From an uncultured Deferribacteres bacterium (GTDB taxonomy: Bacteria > Zhuqueibacterota > Zhuqueibacteria > Zhuqueibacterales > Geothermadaptataceae): a stretch of 50,823 nt of DNA. This document shows positions 8,026-18,058 of this stretch, piece by piece. The notes under the pieces were generated by a model, which saw only the letters and a list, made by a program, of their open reading frames with translations, was not told where the DNA came from and did no database searches. The position numbers and the translations under genes are program-made. Numbering within the stretch: position 1 is the stretch's first letter; the number at the start of each line of letters is the position of its first letter. The stretch is taken from NCBI GenBank assembly GCA_964014485.1, contig CAXHAT010000031.1, positions 1-50,823 of the forward strand. Direction: 5' to 3'.

Positions 8026-10434
8026 ATGTTTTTTCAATGTTTACGACGCTTTTTCTTGGTATCGCTCATGTTAGGCGTTCTCACTTCATTTGCTTTTTCG
8101 CAGGAAAAAGCCAATTTTGAGCTCGCCGAACGCTTCACCACACAGCAAATGGAAAAGATGGTCGGCAGTACACAGGTGCGTGCCAATTGGCTGAAGGACA
8201 AAGATCAGTTTTGGTATGATTACGAGAACGGCGACGGCAAGAACTGGTATTTCGTTGATGCAGTTCGCCGAACGAAAGAATTGTTGTTCGACCAGGAAGA
8301 CATGGCGGCGCAACTAGCCGAATCCTTCAAAAAGCCGTTCAACAGCAAAGACCTGCCGCTGAAAGATTTCAAGTACGACAACGGCAAAAATCTTTTCACT
8401 TTCCATGTTGACAGTATCGAGTTCACGTACAACGTGCGGTCAAAAACGCTTGTCAGAGGCGACTCCCTGTCGAAAAAAAGCGACCGCTGGGTTACCTATT
8501 CGCCCGACAGCACGTGGATTTCCTTTGCTCGTAATCACAATCTTTACCTGATGCGCGCCGACGACCCCGACAGCAACGAAATTCAAGTTTCCGAGGACGG
8601 CGAGCGCTGGTACAGCTACCAGGCTGATGACGGCGACACCACCTCGACCAAGCGTCTGCGCGCCAACGTTCGATGGTTCGAAGACGAGAAAAAGCTCTAC
8701 GTTCGTCGGCGTGACCGCCGCAAAATGGGCGACTTGTGGGTGATTAATTCATTGAAAAAGCGCCCTGAATTGCAGACCTACAAATACGCTATGCCGAGCG
8801 AAGAAAATATCGAGAAACACGAAGTTTTAATTCTCGACATTGATTCGAAAAATTGGGTCACTGTCAAGGCGGACAAATGGAAAGATCAATCTTTGGGCGG
8901 CACTTACTTTAACAAGCGCGGCTTCTTCCTGCCTGAAAAATCGGATTATCTTTATTTCTTAAGACGGGATCGAACCTGGTCAAAGATCGACGTTTGCAAG
9001 GCCGATACGGAAACCGGCGAAGTGGAAGTTTTGTTTTCAGAAGAAAGCAAGCCATACTTTAACACGCGCTTTTCCGAGCTGGCCGTGCTAAACGACGGCA
9101 GCGAGTACTTGTGGTGGTCGGAGCGCAACGGCTGGGGACAGTTGTACATGTACGACGCCGGGGGCAAGCTTAAAAACAAAATCACCGACGGCTACTTTGT
9201 GGTCGGTTCAATCCAGAAAATCGACACCACGAAAAAGGTCATTTATTTTCAAGGCTACGGTCGTGAAAAGGGCGTGAATCTCAACTACGCCATGAACTAC
9301 AAAATCAATTTTGACGGCAGCGGCATGAAGCGCCTGTCTCCGGAAGACGCGAACCATACGTTCAGCATGTCGGACAAGATGAACTATTTCGTCAACAACT
9401 ATTCGCGCGTCGATTTGCCGACCAAATCCGTGCTGCGCGACAGTGAAGGCCGCGTGGTGATGGAATTGGAAGAAGTCAACATGGATCGCATGGTTGAAGC
9501 TGGTTGGCAAGCGCCGGAAGAATTCATCGTCAAGGCCGCGGATGGGGCGACTGATCTCTATGGCGTCATGTGGAAGCCGTTTGATTTCGATGCGAGCAAA
9601 AAATATCCGATCATTTCCTATGTTTATCCCGGTCCGCAGACCGAGCCGTTCCCGATTGGCTTTACGATTCAGGGATCGCGTGCGCGTACGGTGGCGTTAT
9701 CGCAGGTGGGATTCGTCGTTATCGCGATGGGGCAACGCGGCGGCACGCCCTTACGTTCAAAATATTACCACAATTTCGGTTACGGCGACCTGCGCGATTA
9801 TCCTTTGGCCGACAACAAGTACGGCATCGAACAGCTTGCGGCGCGGCATGATTTTATCGACTTGAGTCGAGTCGGTATTTTCGGCCATTCCGGCGGCGGA
9901 TTCATGTCCACGGCCGCACTTCTCACCTACCCTGATTTTTACAAAGTTGCGGTTTCATCAGCAGGTAACCATGACAATAATGTTTACAACATCTGGTGGA
10001 GCGAAGTTCATAACGGCGTAAAAGAAAAGAAGCGCAAGGCCAAGAAAAAGAAGGGGGCGAAAACGGAAATGACTAACGGCGCCAACGGCTCGCATGACGA
10101 CGTTGATTCGACCAAGACAGACGACGGCATGGAGACGTACTGGGACGGCTACGTTGAGACGAATCCCGATTTGGCCGCGAATCTCAAAGGCAAACTTCTT
10201 TTGGTTCACGGCGACATCGACAATAACGTGCATCCGGCAAATACGATCCGCTTGGCTGACGCACTGATAAAGGCGGGCAAACGTTTTGATTTCATGCTCA
10301 TGCCCGGCCAGCGTCACGGCTTCGGCGATTATACACCGTATTTTGAGCGTATGATGTGGTATTATTTCGCCGAACATTTGCTGGGCGATTATCGCACGAA
10401 CACTGAGTTCAACATCCCGGAAGAACCGAAGTAA
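8026..10434 (+). CDS. S9B dipeptidyl peptidase IV-family protein
   Basis: DPP-IV propeller, YPGPQ, GHSGGG nucleophile, HGDIDNNVH and final His. Start moved to ATG 8026 with a GGAGGA SD. Confidence 0.9.
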   Translation: MFFQCLRRFFLVSLMLGVLTSFAFSQEKANFELAERFTTQQMEKMVGSTQVRANWLKDKDQFWYDYENGDGKNWYFVDAVRRTKELLFDQEDMAAQLAESFKKPFNSKDLPLKDFKYDNGKNLFTFHVDSIEFTYNVRSKTLVRGDSLSKKSDRWVTYSPDSTWISFARNHNLYLMRADDPDSNEIQVSEDGERWYSYQADDGDTTSTKRLRANVRWFEDEKKLYVRRRDRRKMGDLWVINSLKKRPELQTYKYAMPSEENIEKHEVLILDIDSKNWVTVKADKWKDQSLGGTYFNKRGFFLPEKSDYLYFLRRDRTWSKIDVCKADTETGEVEVLFSEESKPYFNTRFSELAVLNDGSEYLWWSERNGWGQLYMYDAGGKLKNKITDGYFVVGSIQKIDTTKKVIYFQGYGREKGVNLNYAMNYKINFDGSGMKRLSPEDANHTFSMSDKMNYFVNNYSRVDLPTKSVLRDSEGRVVMELEEVNMDRMVEAGWQAPEEFIVKAADGATDLYGVMWKPFDFDASKKYPIISYVYPGPQTEPFPIGFTIQGSRARTVALSQVGFVVIAMGQRGGTPLRSKYYHNFGYGDLRDYPLADNKYGIEQLAARHDFIDLSRVGIFGHSGGGFMSTAALLTYPDFYKVAVSSAGNHDNNVYNIWWSEVHNGVKEKKRKAKKKKGAKTEMTNGANGSHDDVDSTKTDDGMETYWDGYVETNPDLAANLKGKLLLVHGDIDNNVHPANTIRLADALIKAGKRFDFMLMPGQRHGFGDYTPYFERMMWYYFAEHLLGDYRTNTEFNIPEEPK

Positions 10435-10553
10435 TTTTTAGGGAGTGCAAAGCTTGCTTTGCTATAAGCAGGCTTGAATAGCGCAGTAAAATCGCAAGGC
10501 AAGCCTTGCACTCCTTTCAGTCCGTAACAATCCCGTGAGGAGAGGAGGCCGCC

Positions 10554-12062
10554 TTGCAATCCCGATTTAGAAAAACCGTTCATTTTTTCACCGTTCTGAC
10601 GACGTGTTTTTGGGTCGCCGGAGCGTTCCCTCAAACACCCGAAACTTATGATATCGTGCTCCAAGGCGGTCGCGTGATAGATCCGGAAACCGGACTGGAC
10701 GCCATTCGAAACGTCGGCGTTCGCGGCGACAGGATCGTTGAAATTTCCAGACAGCCCTTGCAAGGACGCGAGGTCATCAACGTCGAGGGTTTGGTCGTCG
10801 CGCCGGGTTTTATCGATCTCCATGCTCACGGTCAAAGCAACAAAGCCAACGAATTCCAGGCGCACGACGGCGTGACGACGGCATTAGAGTTAGAAAGCGG
10901 CAGACCGTTTTTGCGGCATTGGCTGACTTCCCGTACCGGCAACGCGATGATCAATTTTGGTGCATCCGTAGCGCATTCCGTGAACCGCATTATGGCGATG
11001 GAAAAATACGCCAGCGTAACCGCAGAGATCGAAAACATCGTCAGCGAAGACGGCTTGAGAAGCGAACGACTGGACGCGCATTTTGACAAAGTTTTCGGCG
11101 CACGCTACGAAGCTTTGAACAAACAAGAAACCGCGAAAATGATGGAAAATATTGCGGCTGAACTTGCGGCCGGCGGTCTCGGGATTGGCGTACCGGTCGG
11201 CTACTATCCCGGCGCGACACGAGAAGAACTTTTTCGCATTTATGAGTTCGCCGCAGAGAAGAAAACCATTGTCTACACGCATGTCCGCGAAATCAACATT
11301 GCCGCGATTCAAGAAGCAATAGCTAACGCCGCCGTAAACGGCGCTTCTTTGCATATCGTTCATATCAACAGCATGGCGCTGGGGCGCATCGGCGTTGCAT
11401 TAGCGATGGTGGAAGCGGCTCAAAAACGCGGGTTAGACATTACGACGGAGCTTTACCCGTACACCGCCGCCTCAACAAGTTTGCAATCCACGCTTTTCGA
11501 TGACGGCTGGCAGGAAAGAATGGGGATCACCTTTGGCGACCTGCAGTGGGAAGCGACTGGCGAACGCCTCACGGAAAAGACGTTTCAAAAATACCGCAAA
11601 CAAGGCGGGACAGTGATTATTCATATGATGAAGCCGGAGTGGATTGAGGCGGGAATCCGCGCGCCGTTCACGATCATCGGCTCGGACGGCATGCCTTACG
11701 CCCCAGGCGCGCATCCCAGATCTGCCGGTACGTTTTCTCGCGTGCTGGGCCGCTACGTGCGCGATCAGCAAGTGATCAGCTTGATGGACGCACTCGCCAA
11801 GATGACGATCATGCCGGCAAAACGCCTTGAGACCGTCGCCCAGGGTGCGCATTTAAAAGGCCGCATTCAAGTCGGCTGTGACGCGGATATCACAATTTTC
11901 GATCCTGACACGATTATCGACACTGCAACGTTCGAGGAAGATTTATCCTTTTCCAAAGGCGTTCAGCATGTTCTCGTCAACGGTGTCTTTGTCGTAAAGA
12001 ACAGCGAAACGGTCTCGAGCGTTTTTCCCGGTCGTGCGCTGTTGGGCAAGTATAGACAATAA
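10554..12062 (+). CDS. Secreted amidohydrolase (N-acyl-D-amino-acid deacylase/dihydroorotase-like)
   Basis: PGFIDLHAH, HVRE, HIVHIN, GSDG, HPRSAGTFSRVLG and GCDADITIFDP motifs. Confidence 0.85.
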   Translation: MQSRFRKTVHFFTVLTTCFWVAGAFPQTPETYDIVLQGGRVIDPETGLDAIRNVGVRGDRIVEISRQPLQGREVINVEGLVVAPGFIDLHAHGQSNKANEFQAHDGVTTALELESGRPFLRHWLTSRTGNAMINFGASVAHSVNRIMAMEKYASVTAEIENIVSEDGLRSERLDAHFDKVFGARYEALNKQETAKMMENIAAELAAGGLGIGVPVGYYPGATREELFRIYEFAAEKKTIVYTHVREINIAAIQEAIANAAVNGASLHIVHINSMALGRIGVALAMVEAAQKRGLDITTELYPYTAASTSLQSTLFDDGWQERMGITFGDLQWEATGERLTEKTFQKYRKQGGTVIIHMMKPEWIEAGIRAPFTIIGSDGMPYAPGAHPRSAGTFSRVLGRYVRDQQVISLMDALAKMTIMPAKRLETVAQGAHLKGRIQVGCDADITIFDPDTIIDTATFEEDLSFSKGVQHVLVNGVFVVKNSETVSSVFPGRALLGKYRQ

Positions 12063-12157
12063 TGACAAGCTTTACTAGATCGCTCTCTTTTTATGATTGC
12101 GACGAGCTGAATTTTTGTTTAGCTTTATTATATTTTCGAACGGTTTAGGAAGAAAAT

Positions 12158-12442
12158 GTGCGAGTAGAAGGCTTTATTTGGCTGGAATGGGTGGTCGAGA
12201 AACTTTGGGTTAAGCATCATGTGACCGTCGACGAAGTAGAAGAAGTTTTCGAGGATCGTCCGAAATTTTTGAGAAAAGAAAAAGGACGGGTTATAGGAGA
12301 AGATTTGTATAACGCACTCGGGCAAACGAATTCCGGCAGATATTTGTCGATTTTCTTCATCTCAAAAATTGACAAAAGGGCCTTGATTATCTCTGCCCGA
12401 GACATGGATCGTAAAGAGAGAAACAGATATGCAAAAAAGTAA
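12158..12442 (+). CDS. BrnT-family toxin
   Basis: KLWVKHHVTVDEVEEVF ... ALGQTNSGRYLSIFF ... IISARDM..KER..Y. Confidence 0.88.
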   Translation: MRVEGFIWLEWVVEKLWVKHHVTVDEVEEVFEDRPKFLRKEKGRVIGEDLYNALGQTNSGRYLSIFFISKIDKRALIISARDMDRKERNRYAKK

Positions 12443-12692
12443 AACCTTAAGCCAACCGCCGGAAGAAATGACACTCAGAGAAGCCTCCGATTTTTGGGAC
12501 GAACACAGTTTTCTGGATTATGACGACATTGAAGAGGTGGAATTCGACGTCGCTTTGCGAGGAGAGAAGCATTATTTCGCGGTTGATCGTGAGCTGGCGA
12601 AACGGATTCACGCAATTGCCAGAACGCGCGGCATTTCCGTTGAAACGCTCGTCAATCTGTGGCTTACCGACAAATTGAAAGAAGCGGCTTAA
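12429..12692 (+). CDS. CopG/BrnA-type antitoxin
   Basis: EASDFWDEHS and C-terminal RHH (IARTRGISVETLVNLWL); overlaps brnT. Confidence 0.82.
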   Translation: MQKSKTLSQPPEEMTLREASDFWDEHSFLDYDDIEEVEFDVALRGEKHYFAVDRELAKRIHAIARTRGISVETLVNLWLTDKLKEAA

Positions 12693-12752
12693 GAGCGATT
12701 TTAAACCGCTTCGCTTGGACTTACTCCCCTCAAAAATACTCCTTTAATTCGT

Positions 12753-15113
12753 TTACTCGTATTGCAAAGCCACAACCGGATTGGTCGCGGCGGCTTTGAT
12801 GGCGTGAAAGCTCACCGTCGCCAAAGCGATCAAAAGCGCAAGGCCGCCTGCCGCGATGAATGTCCACAAGGTCGGATCCTGGCGATACGCGAAGCCTTCC
12901 AGCCAGCTCTGCATGGCGTACCAGGCGCACGGCCAGGCAATCAAGCTGGCGACGCCGACCATGAGCGCGAACTCACCCGAAACCAGTTTCACAAGATTGG
13001 ACGTGGATGCGCCAAGCACTTTTCGCACGCCGATTTCCTTTGTTCGCTGGTGCATCGTCAACGCAGCCAAGCCAAACAGTCCGAGACAGGCGACAACGAT
13101 GGCAAACATGCTCGAATACTGTACAATATTGCTCCACCGCTGGTCAGAGTCATATTGCCGCGCCAAATTCTCATCGAGAAATGAAAACTCGAACGGCAAG
13201 ACCGGGTTGATTTCCCGCCATTTGTTTTCAATCACTTCCAAAGCGCGCCGCGTCTGGCTGGGCGCGATACGTACGAAAATAGAACCGAATCTCGCCATTT
13301 GATTATTGTGCATCACCATCGGAATAATTGTTTCGCGCAAATTGCGGAAATTGAAATCCTTGACCACGCCGACAATCTGCATGTTCGGCGTTCCCCGAAA
13401 AGTAAACGTTGTACCCAGCGGCTCTTCTAACCCAAATTCGCTGACGAATTTTTCGTTCACGATTACGGCCGTTTCTCCGTCCGTGGTGATTTCAGGCGAA
13501 AAATTCCGTCCGGAAACCACAGGAATACCCATTGTTTCCAGAAAGTTCGGATCGATGCGGCACTCAAGCGCCTGATAGTTTTTTCCTTGAAATTCGAATC
13601 CCACGGTATGGTACCCTGACGTGAATGAAAACTGCGCTCCGGTCACATTTACAATTTCGCTGTGTTGCAACAGCGTTTGCCTCAGTTTCTGGATCGCGGC
13701 TTCCCGGTCATCGGCGCGGTTTTTCAGTACGACGATCTGTTCCTGCTCAAAGCCCAAATTCATCGATTGTAAATATTCTAGCTGGCGTGACATGGCCAAA
13801 GCGCCGACGACAAGAATGATGGCCAACGAAAATTGCACAACGACCAAAATTCGATTCAATCTTTGTTTGCCGCCAACGCGAAACATGCCTTGAAACAGTT
13901 CGACCGGTTTAAATCGTGAAAGTACGAGCGCTGGATAGCTGCCGGAAACGACGCCCACGGCAAGAATGAGCGAAAACAACGCCAGAATCATCGTCGCGTT
14001 TTGAAAAGCCGACAAAGCCAAATTTTTCTCGGCAAGCGCGTTGAACATGGGCAGAAACAGCCCGGCCAAAAGCACGCCAAGGAGAAAGCTCAAAAAACTC
14101 ATCAAGATCGCTTCGGCCCAAAATTGTTTGATCAATTGCGGTCGCACGGCGCCAAGCACTTTTCGCATGCCGACTTCTTTCAAACGCTTCGTTGCGCGGC
14201 CAATGGACAGCGTCATGAAGTTGATGCAGGCAATTGTCAAAACGAGTAAGGCGATAGCGCCGAGAATGTATGAATAAGTCGGGTCGCTCGTCGGCTCCAA
14301 CCCGCCGGCAATCGAGGCGTTCATGTGAACGTCTTCAAGCGGTTGCAGAAGCAGATTGCGTTCGGCGGCTTCCGGATCGCGTTCCGCCATGAAGCTTTTC
14401 ATTTTAGCGTTTAGATCAGTCCAGGAAGCATTTTCAGCCAGTTCAATAAAAAGGAATGAATTCCAGCTTGACCAAACGGTTCCTCGTGAGGCGAAAATCG
14501 CGCTCTGCTCAAAAGGCGCTAAAATTTCAAAACGTATGCTGGAATTTTCCGGCGTTGGGGAGGAGATTCCTGTGATTATGAAGTTCTTCAAATCGTCCCC
14601 CACCCTGATGCTCAATTCTTCTCCCATCACTTCGGTATGCCCAAAGTACTTGATTGCGACAGCTTCACTGATAACGAGCGCATTGGATGATAACAGCGCC
14701 GTTTCCGGCTGGCCCTGCAGCAATGGAAACGAAAATATTTCGAGCATGTTAGAGTCGGCAAAAAGCATCCTTTCGGTAAACAAATTTTCGCTGCGCTGAA
14801 CAACGACCGTTTCGTTGTCCAAACGCGTAAATCGTTTAATCTCCGGGTATTTTTCCTTTACGGCGGGGCCTAACGGAACGGGAAGAAAAGCGAAAGAAAA
14901 AACGCTGCCGTTGTCCCGAACGCGCTCGGCGTAGACGCGGTAAATCGAGTCGGAGTTCTCATGAAATTGGTCGTAACTCAGCTCGTTTTGCACAAAAAGC
15001 AGAATAAGCATGCAGCACGCTAAACCCAGCGCCAGACTGAAAACATTGATAAACGAGTGTGTTTTTTGGCGGTACAAATTTCTCAGCGCGATGGTTAGAT
15101 AATTTTTCAGCAT
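12753..15113 (-). CDS. MacB/FtsX-type ABC transporter permease (duplicated domains)
   Basis: MLKNYLTIALRNL, ACINFMTLS..R.KEVGMRKVLGA, second RTKEIGVRKVLGAS, terminal NPVVALQYE. Confidence 0.92.
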   Translation of the reverse strand: MLKNYLTIALRNLYRQKTHSFINVFSLALGLACCMLILLFVQNELSYDQFHENSDSIYRVYAERVRDNGSVFSFAFLPVPLGPAVKEKYPEIKRFTRLDNETVVVQRSENLFTERMLFADSNMLEIFSFPLLQGQPETALLSSNALVISEAVAIKYFGHTEVMGEELSIRVGDDLKNFIITGISSPTPENSSIRFEILAPFEQSAIFASRGTVWSSWNSFLFIELAENASWTDLNAKMKSFMAERDPEAAERNLLLQPLEDVHMNASIAGGLEPTSDPTYSYILGAIALLVLTIACINFMTLSIGRATKRLKEVGMRKVLGAVRPQLIKQFWAEAILMSFLSFLLGVLLAGLFLPMFNALAEKNLALSAFQNATMILALFSLILAVGVVSGSYPALVLSRFKPVELFQGMFRVGGKQRLNRILVVVQFSLAIILVVGALAMSRQLEYLQSMNLGFEQEQIVVLKNRADDREAAIQKLRQTLLQHSEIVNVTGAQFSFTSGYHTVGFEFQGKNYQALECRIDPNFLETMGIPVVSGRNFSPEITTDGETAVIVNEKFVSEFGLEEPLGTTFTFRGTPNMQIVGVVKDFNFRNLRETIIPMVMHNNQMARFGSIFVRIAPSQTRRALEVIENKWREINPVLPFEFSFLDENLARQYDSDQRWSNIVQYSSMFAIVVACLGLFGLAALTMHQRTKEIGVRKVLGASTSNLVKLVSGEFALMVGVASLIAWPCAWYAMQSWLEGFAYRQDPTLWTFIAAGGLALLIALATVSFHAIKAAATNPVVALQYE

Positions 15114-15283
15114 CAGAAAGCTCCCTTAAATTTCCTCAAGTCTAATCAAAAACGGGGTACTCTCGTTTTGACTCGCAAAAGAGCGAAAAAGATTACTAGC
15201 ATTCGTGAGGTTTTCTAATGCGACTATTCGCTTGCTGATTGTTTGAAAGCTGTTATGTTTGTTCAGTTAAAAGTGAAATTTCA

Positions 15284-15480
15284 CTACCTGACACTTTTTG
15301 TATAGCCTTCCAAGACTGGCGAAAAAGGCCGGAATTGTCATGCTGAAAGCATCTTTTTTAATCCAACCCTTGAACTTTTGAGCATGATCTGTACTGGGCG
15401 ATGACAAAGATTCCTTCAGAATGACAAAACTGGAGCTTTCAACGGTTCGAGAAGGCGGTTTACAAAAAAGTGTCAGGTAG
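15284..15480. mobile_element. MITE-like element, family B, copy 1 (TIR ctacctgacacttttt; internal REP-like inverted arms)
   Basis: 16-bp perfect TIR; internal arms 15336-15355 and 15407-15426; homologous over its full length to 33029-33224. Confidence 0.88.
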
Positions 15481-15523
15481 AGAGAAGTGAGATTTGAATG
15501 CACTTAACAACGGCAATAAGATC

Positions 15524-16195
15524 GTGAAATTTACGGTACTGATTGTTATCCTTTTGATTTTTTCTTGCTCAAGCAACCTGCCCGTGTCAAAACTTCCCCT
15601 TCTGCTTGATGAAAAATTTGAAAACGGCGCGGCGGAAAGGTGGCTTCCGAATTCTCTCGATGATTGGCGCGTCGTCAAGCAAAACGGAGAATTTGTCTAT
15701 GAATTGACCCGCCCGGGAAACCATGGCGAAATCCGGAAACCGACGGCTTTTTCGATTTTAGACGACGTTGTAGTCGGCGACTTTGAGCTGGAGGTCATAG
15801 GAAAGTGTTACACGGAAACGGCGAATTTAAATCGCGATCTCTGCCTCATTTTTGGCTATCAGGACTCGCTGCATTTTTACTATGCGCATTTTTCGGCCAA
15901 ATCAGACAATGTTCACAACATCATCGGCGTCGTAAATGGCGCTGATCGTGTGAAAATTAATCATGAGCTTGCCGGGAGTTCCGCCGCACTGCTCAAAGAT
16001 GAGCAGTGGTACAAGCTGCGCGTAAAACGAGACGCGGCTTCCGGGAAGATCGAATGCTTCGTAAACGACATACCGTCTCCCGTTTTCACGGCAACGGACA
16101 CGACCTTCCGCTTTGGTAAAGTCGGCGTTGGTTCTTTTGACGACACAGGCGCCTTTCGTGCGATAAAGTTGTGGGGAGAGCGCAAACATTTTTAA
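15524..16195 (+). CDS. Lipoprotein with ConA-like/DUF1080-type beta-sandwich
   Basis: GTG start, lipobox IFSC, FGYQD..HFYYAH, W.KLRVKRD and GKVGVGSFDD. Confidence 0.65.
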   Translation: MKFTVLIVILLIFSCSSNLPVSKLPLLLDEKFENGAAERWLPNSLDDWRVVKQNGEFVYELTRPGNHGEIRKPTAFSILDDVVVGDFELEVIGKCYTETANLNRDLCLIFGYQDSLHFYYAHFSAKSDNVHNIIGVVNGADRVKINHELAGSSAALLKDEQWYKLRVKRDAASGKIECFVNDIPSPVFTATDTTFRFGKVGVGSFDDTGAFRAIKLWGERKHF

Positions 16196-16248
16196 CATAT
16201 TTTGATCGTTTTGCAGTTTTATTTTATGAACCAATCGAGGAGGCGAAA

Positions 16249-17925
16249 ATGGCGTTCATGAACAGTCGCAAGTTTTCATGGTTGAAAGCTTCTCTGCTCG
16301 CAATGCTTATGCTTGCAATCGGGGCGGGCGCAGGCGTGGGGCAAGAAAAAAAGGAAGAGAAAAAAGAAGAGCAGCCTCGGCGCAAACCGGTAAAACCGGC
16401 GCCAGATCGGCAGGAAGGCGAAGGGCCGTTTGAGCGCTTGATTATTCGCGGCGTTACGGTGATTGACGGCTCAGGCGCCCCGCCCATCGGCCCGATGGAC
16501 GTGGTAGTTGAAGGCAATCGCATTGCACGCATCCAGAACGTCGGCTATCCGGGATTGCCTATCAAAGAAGATCGCCGTCCGAAAGACGCCACCAAAGAAA
16601 TTGACGCGCACGGACATTATTTACTGCCAGGCATCGTCGATTTGCACGTTCACACCGGCGGTATGCCGAAAGCGCCGGAAGCGGAATACACCTACAAGCT
16701 CTGGATGGCGCACGGCGTCACCACTGTTCGCGGCGTTCCGACCGGGCCGCTGGAATGGTGCTTGAGTGAGCGCGAACGCAGTGCAAAGAATGAAATCACG
16801 GCGCCAAGAATCGTTTCCTACCACCGTCCCGGCACAGGCGAGGAGTGGCGCGACCGTCAGATCATGACCCCGGCGGATGCACGCGAATGGGTGCAGTATG
16901 CCGCAAAAAAAGGCGTGCAAGGTTTGAAGCTGGGCGCTTATCCTCCAGACATTATGGAAGCATTACTTGACGAAGCTAAGAAGCAAAAGCTCGGCTCAAC
17001 GGCGCATCTCGGCCAAATGGGCGTCGGCAATATGAACGCCATTGACGCCGCGCGTCTCGGACTTGGCTCAATGACGCACTTCTACGGGCTGTTCGAATCG
17101 ATGTACGAACGCAACGACGTGCAGCCCTGGCCTGTTGACATGAACTACATGAACGAACAGCACCGGTTCGGTCAGGTCGCGCGGCAGTGGAACCTGGTGA
17201 AGCCGGGCGGCGAAAAGTGGAATAAGCTGCAGGAAGAATTTTTGGAATTGGATTTCTACCTCAATCCGACGATGACGATTTACTCCGCGGGCCGCGACGT
17301 GATGCGGGCGCGCAACGCCGATTGGCACGCAAAGTACACGCTGCCTTCCCAGCAGGACTTTTATGAGCCGAGCAGAGAAGCGCACGGTTCGTACTGGTTT
17401 TACTGGACGACGGCTGATGAAATCGCCTGGAAAAACTACTTCCGCGTCTGGATGCAGTTTTTGAACGAGTACAAGAATCGCGGCGGCAAGGTCACGATCG
17501 GCTCGGATTCCGGATTTATCTATCAACTCTACGGCTTCGGCACCATTCTCGAACTTGAACTCTTTCAGGAAGCCGGATTTCATCCGCTGGAAGTCATCCG
17601 CTCCGCGACCATGCACGGCGCGATGGAAATCAACAAAACGGCGGCGGAACCGATGGATATTGGCGTCATCGCGCCCGGCAAATTGGCGGACATGTTCATC
17701 GTTGAAGAGAATCCGCTCGAAAACATGAAAGTTCTTTACGGCACCGGCGCTGTCAAAGTCGACGAAAACAACAAGCCGGTTCGCGTCGGCGGCGTGAAGT
17801 ACACGATCAAGGACGGCATTGTTTATGACGCCAAGCAGCTTTTAAAAGACGTTGAGATGATGGTGAAAAAGCAGAAGCAAGAGCGGATGGAAAAAGCTGC
17901 GCCGACGGGGAATTCCGGACAGTGA
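16249..17925 (+). CDS. Secreted amidohydrolase-family protein
   Basis: PGIVDLHVH, TAHLG, THFYG, GSDSG and PGKLADM motifs; start at ATG 16249 with a GAGGAGG SD. Confidence 0.88.
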   Translation: MAFMNSRKFSWLKASLLAMLMLAIGAGAGVGQEKKEEKKEEQPRRKPVKPAPDRQEGEGPFERLIIRGVTVIDGSGAPPIGPMDVVVEGNRIARIQNVGYPGLPIKEDRRPKDATKEIDAHGHYLLPGIVDLHVHTGGMPKAPEAEYTYKLWMAHGVTTVRGVPTGPLEWCLSERERSAKNEITAPRIVSYHRPGTGEEWRDRQIMTPADAREWVQYAAKKGVQGLKLGAYPPDIMEALLDEAKKQKLGSTAHLGQMGVGNMNAIDAARLGLGSMTHFYGLFESMYERNDVQPWPVDMNYMNEQHRFGQVARQWNLVKPGGEKWNKLQEEFLELDFYLNPTMTIYSAGRDVMRARNADWHAKYTLPSQQDFYEPSREAHGSYWFYWTTADEIAWKNYFRVWMQFLNEYKNRGGKVTIGSDSGFIYQLYGFGTILELELFQEAGFHPLEVIRSATMHGAMEINKTAAEPMDIGVIAPGKLADMFIVEENPLENMKVLYGTGAVKVDENNKPVRVGGVKYTIKDGIVYDAKQLLKDVEMMVKKQKQERMEKAAPTGNSGQ

Positions 17926-17982
17926 TTGGTGATGAATGAATAGTGATCAGTGAGCTGTTAACTGCAAGTAGTGAACAGTAAA
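17920..17982 (+). repeat. Degenerate heptamer tandem repeat (cagtgaN-type, 9 units)
   Basis: cagtgat tggtgat gaatgaa tagtgat cagtgag ctgttaa ctgcaag tagtgaa cagtaaa. Confidence 0.65.
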
Positions 17983-17991
17983 TGGTTTTCT

Positions 17992-18032
17992 AAAGGCCCG
18001 CCATGTTGTTGTAAACTGGCGGGCTTTTATTT
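17992..18032 (+). terminator. Probable intrinsic terminator
   Basis: aaggcccgcca...tggcgggcttttattt. Confidence 0.6.
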
Positions 18033-18058
18033 GTGAACTTGGGAGGTTTTGCAGGATT

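Noticed and set aside
15267..15503. Similar small ORFs here and at 32952-33152 as a paralogous peptide family
   Set aside because: The similarity comes from the shared family B MITE; their starts differ and there is no RBS.
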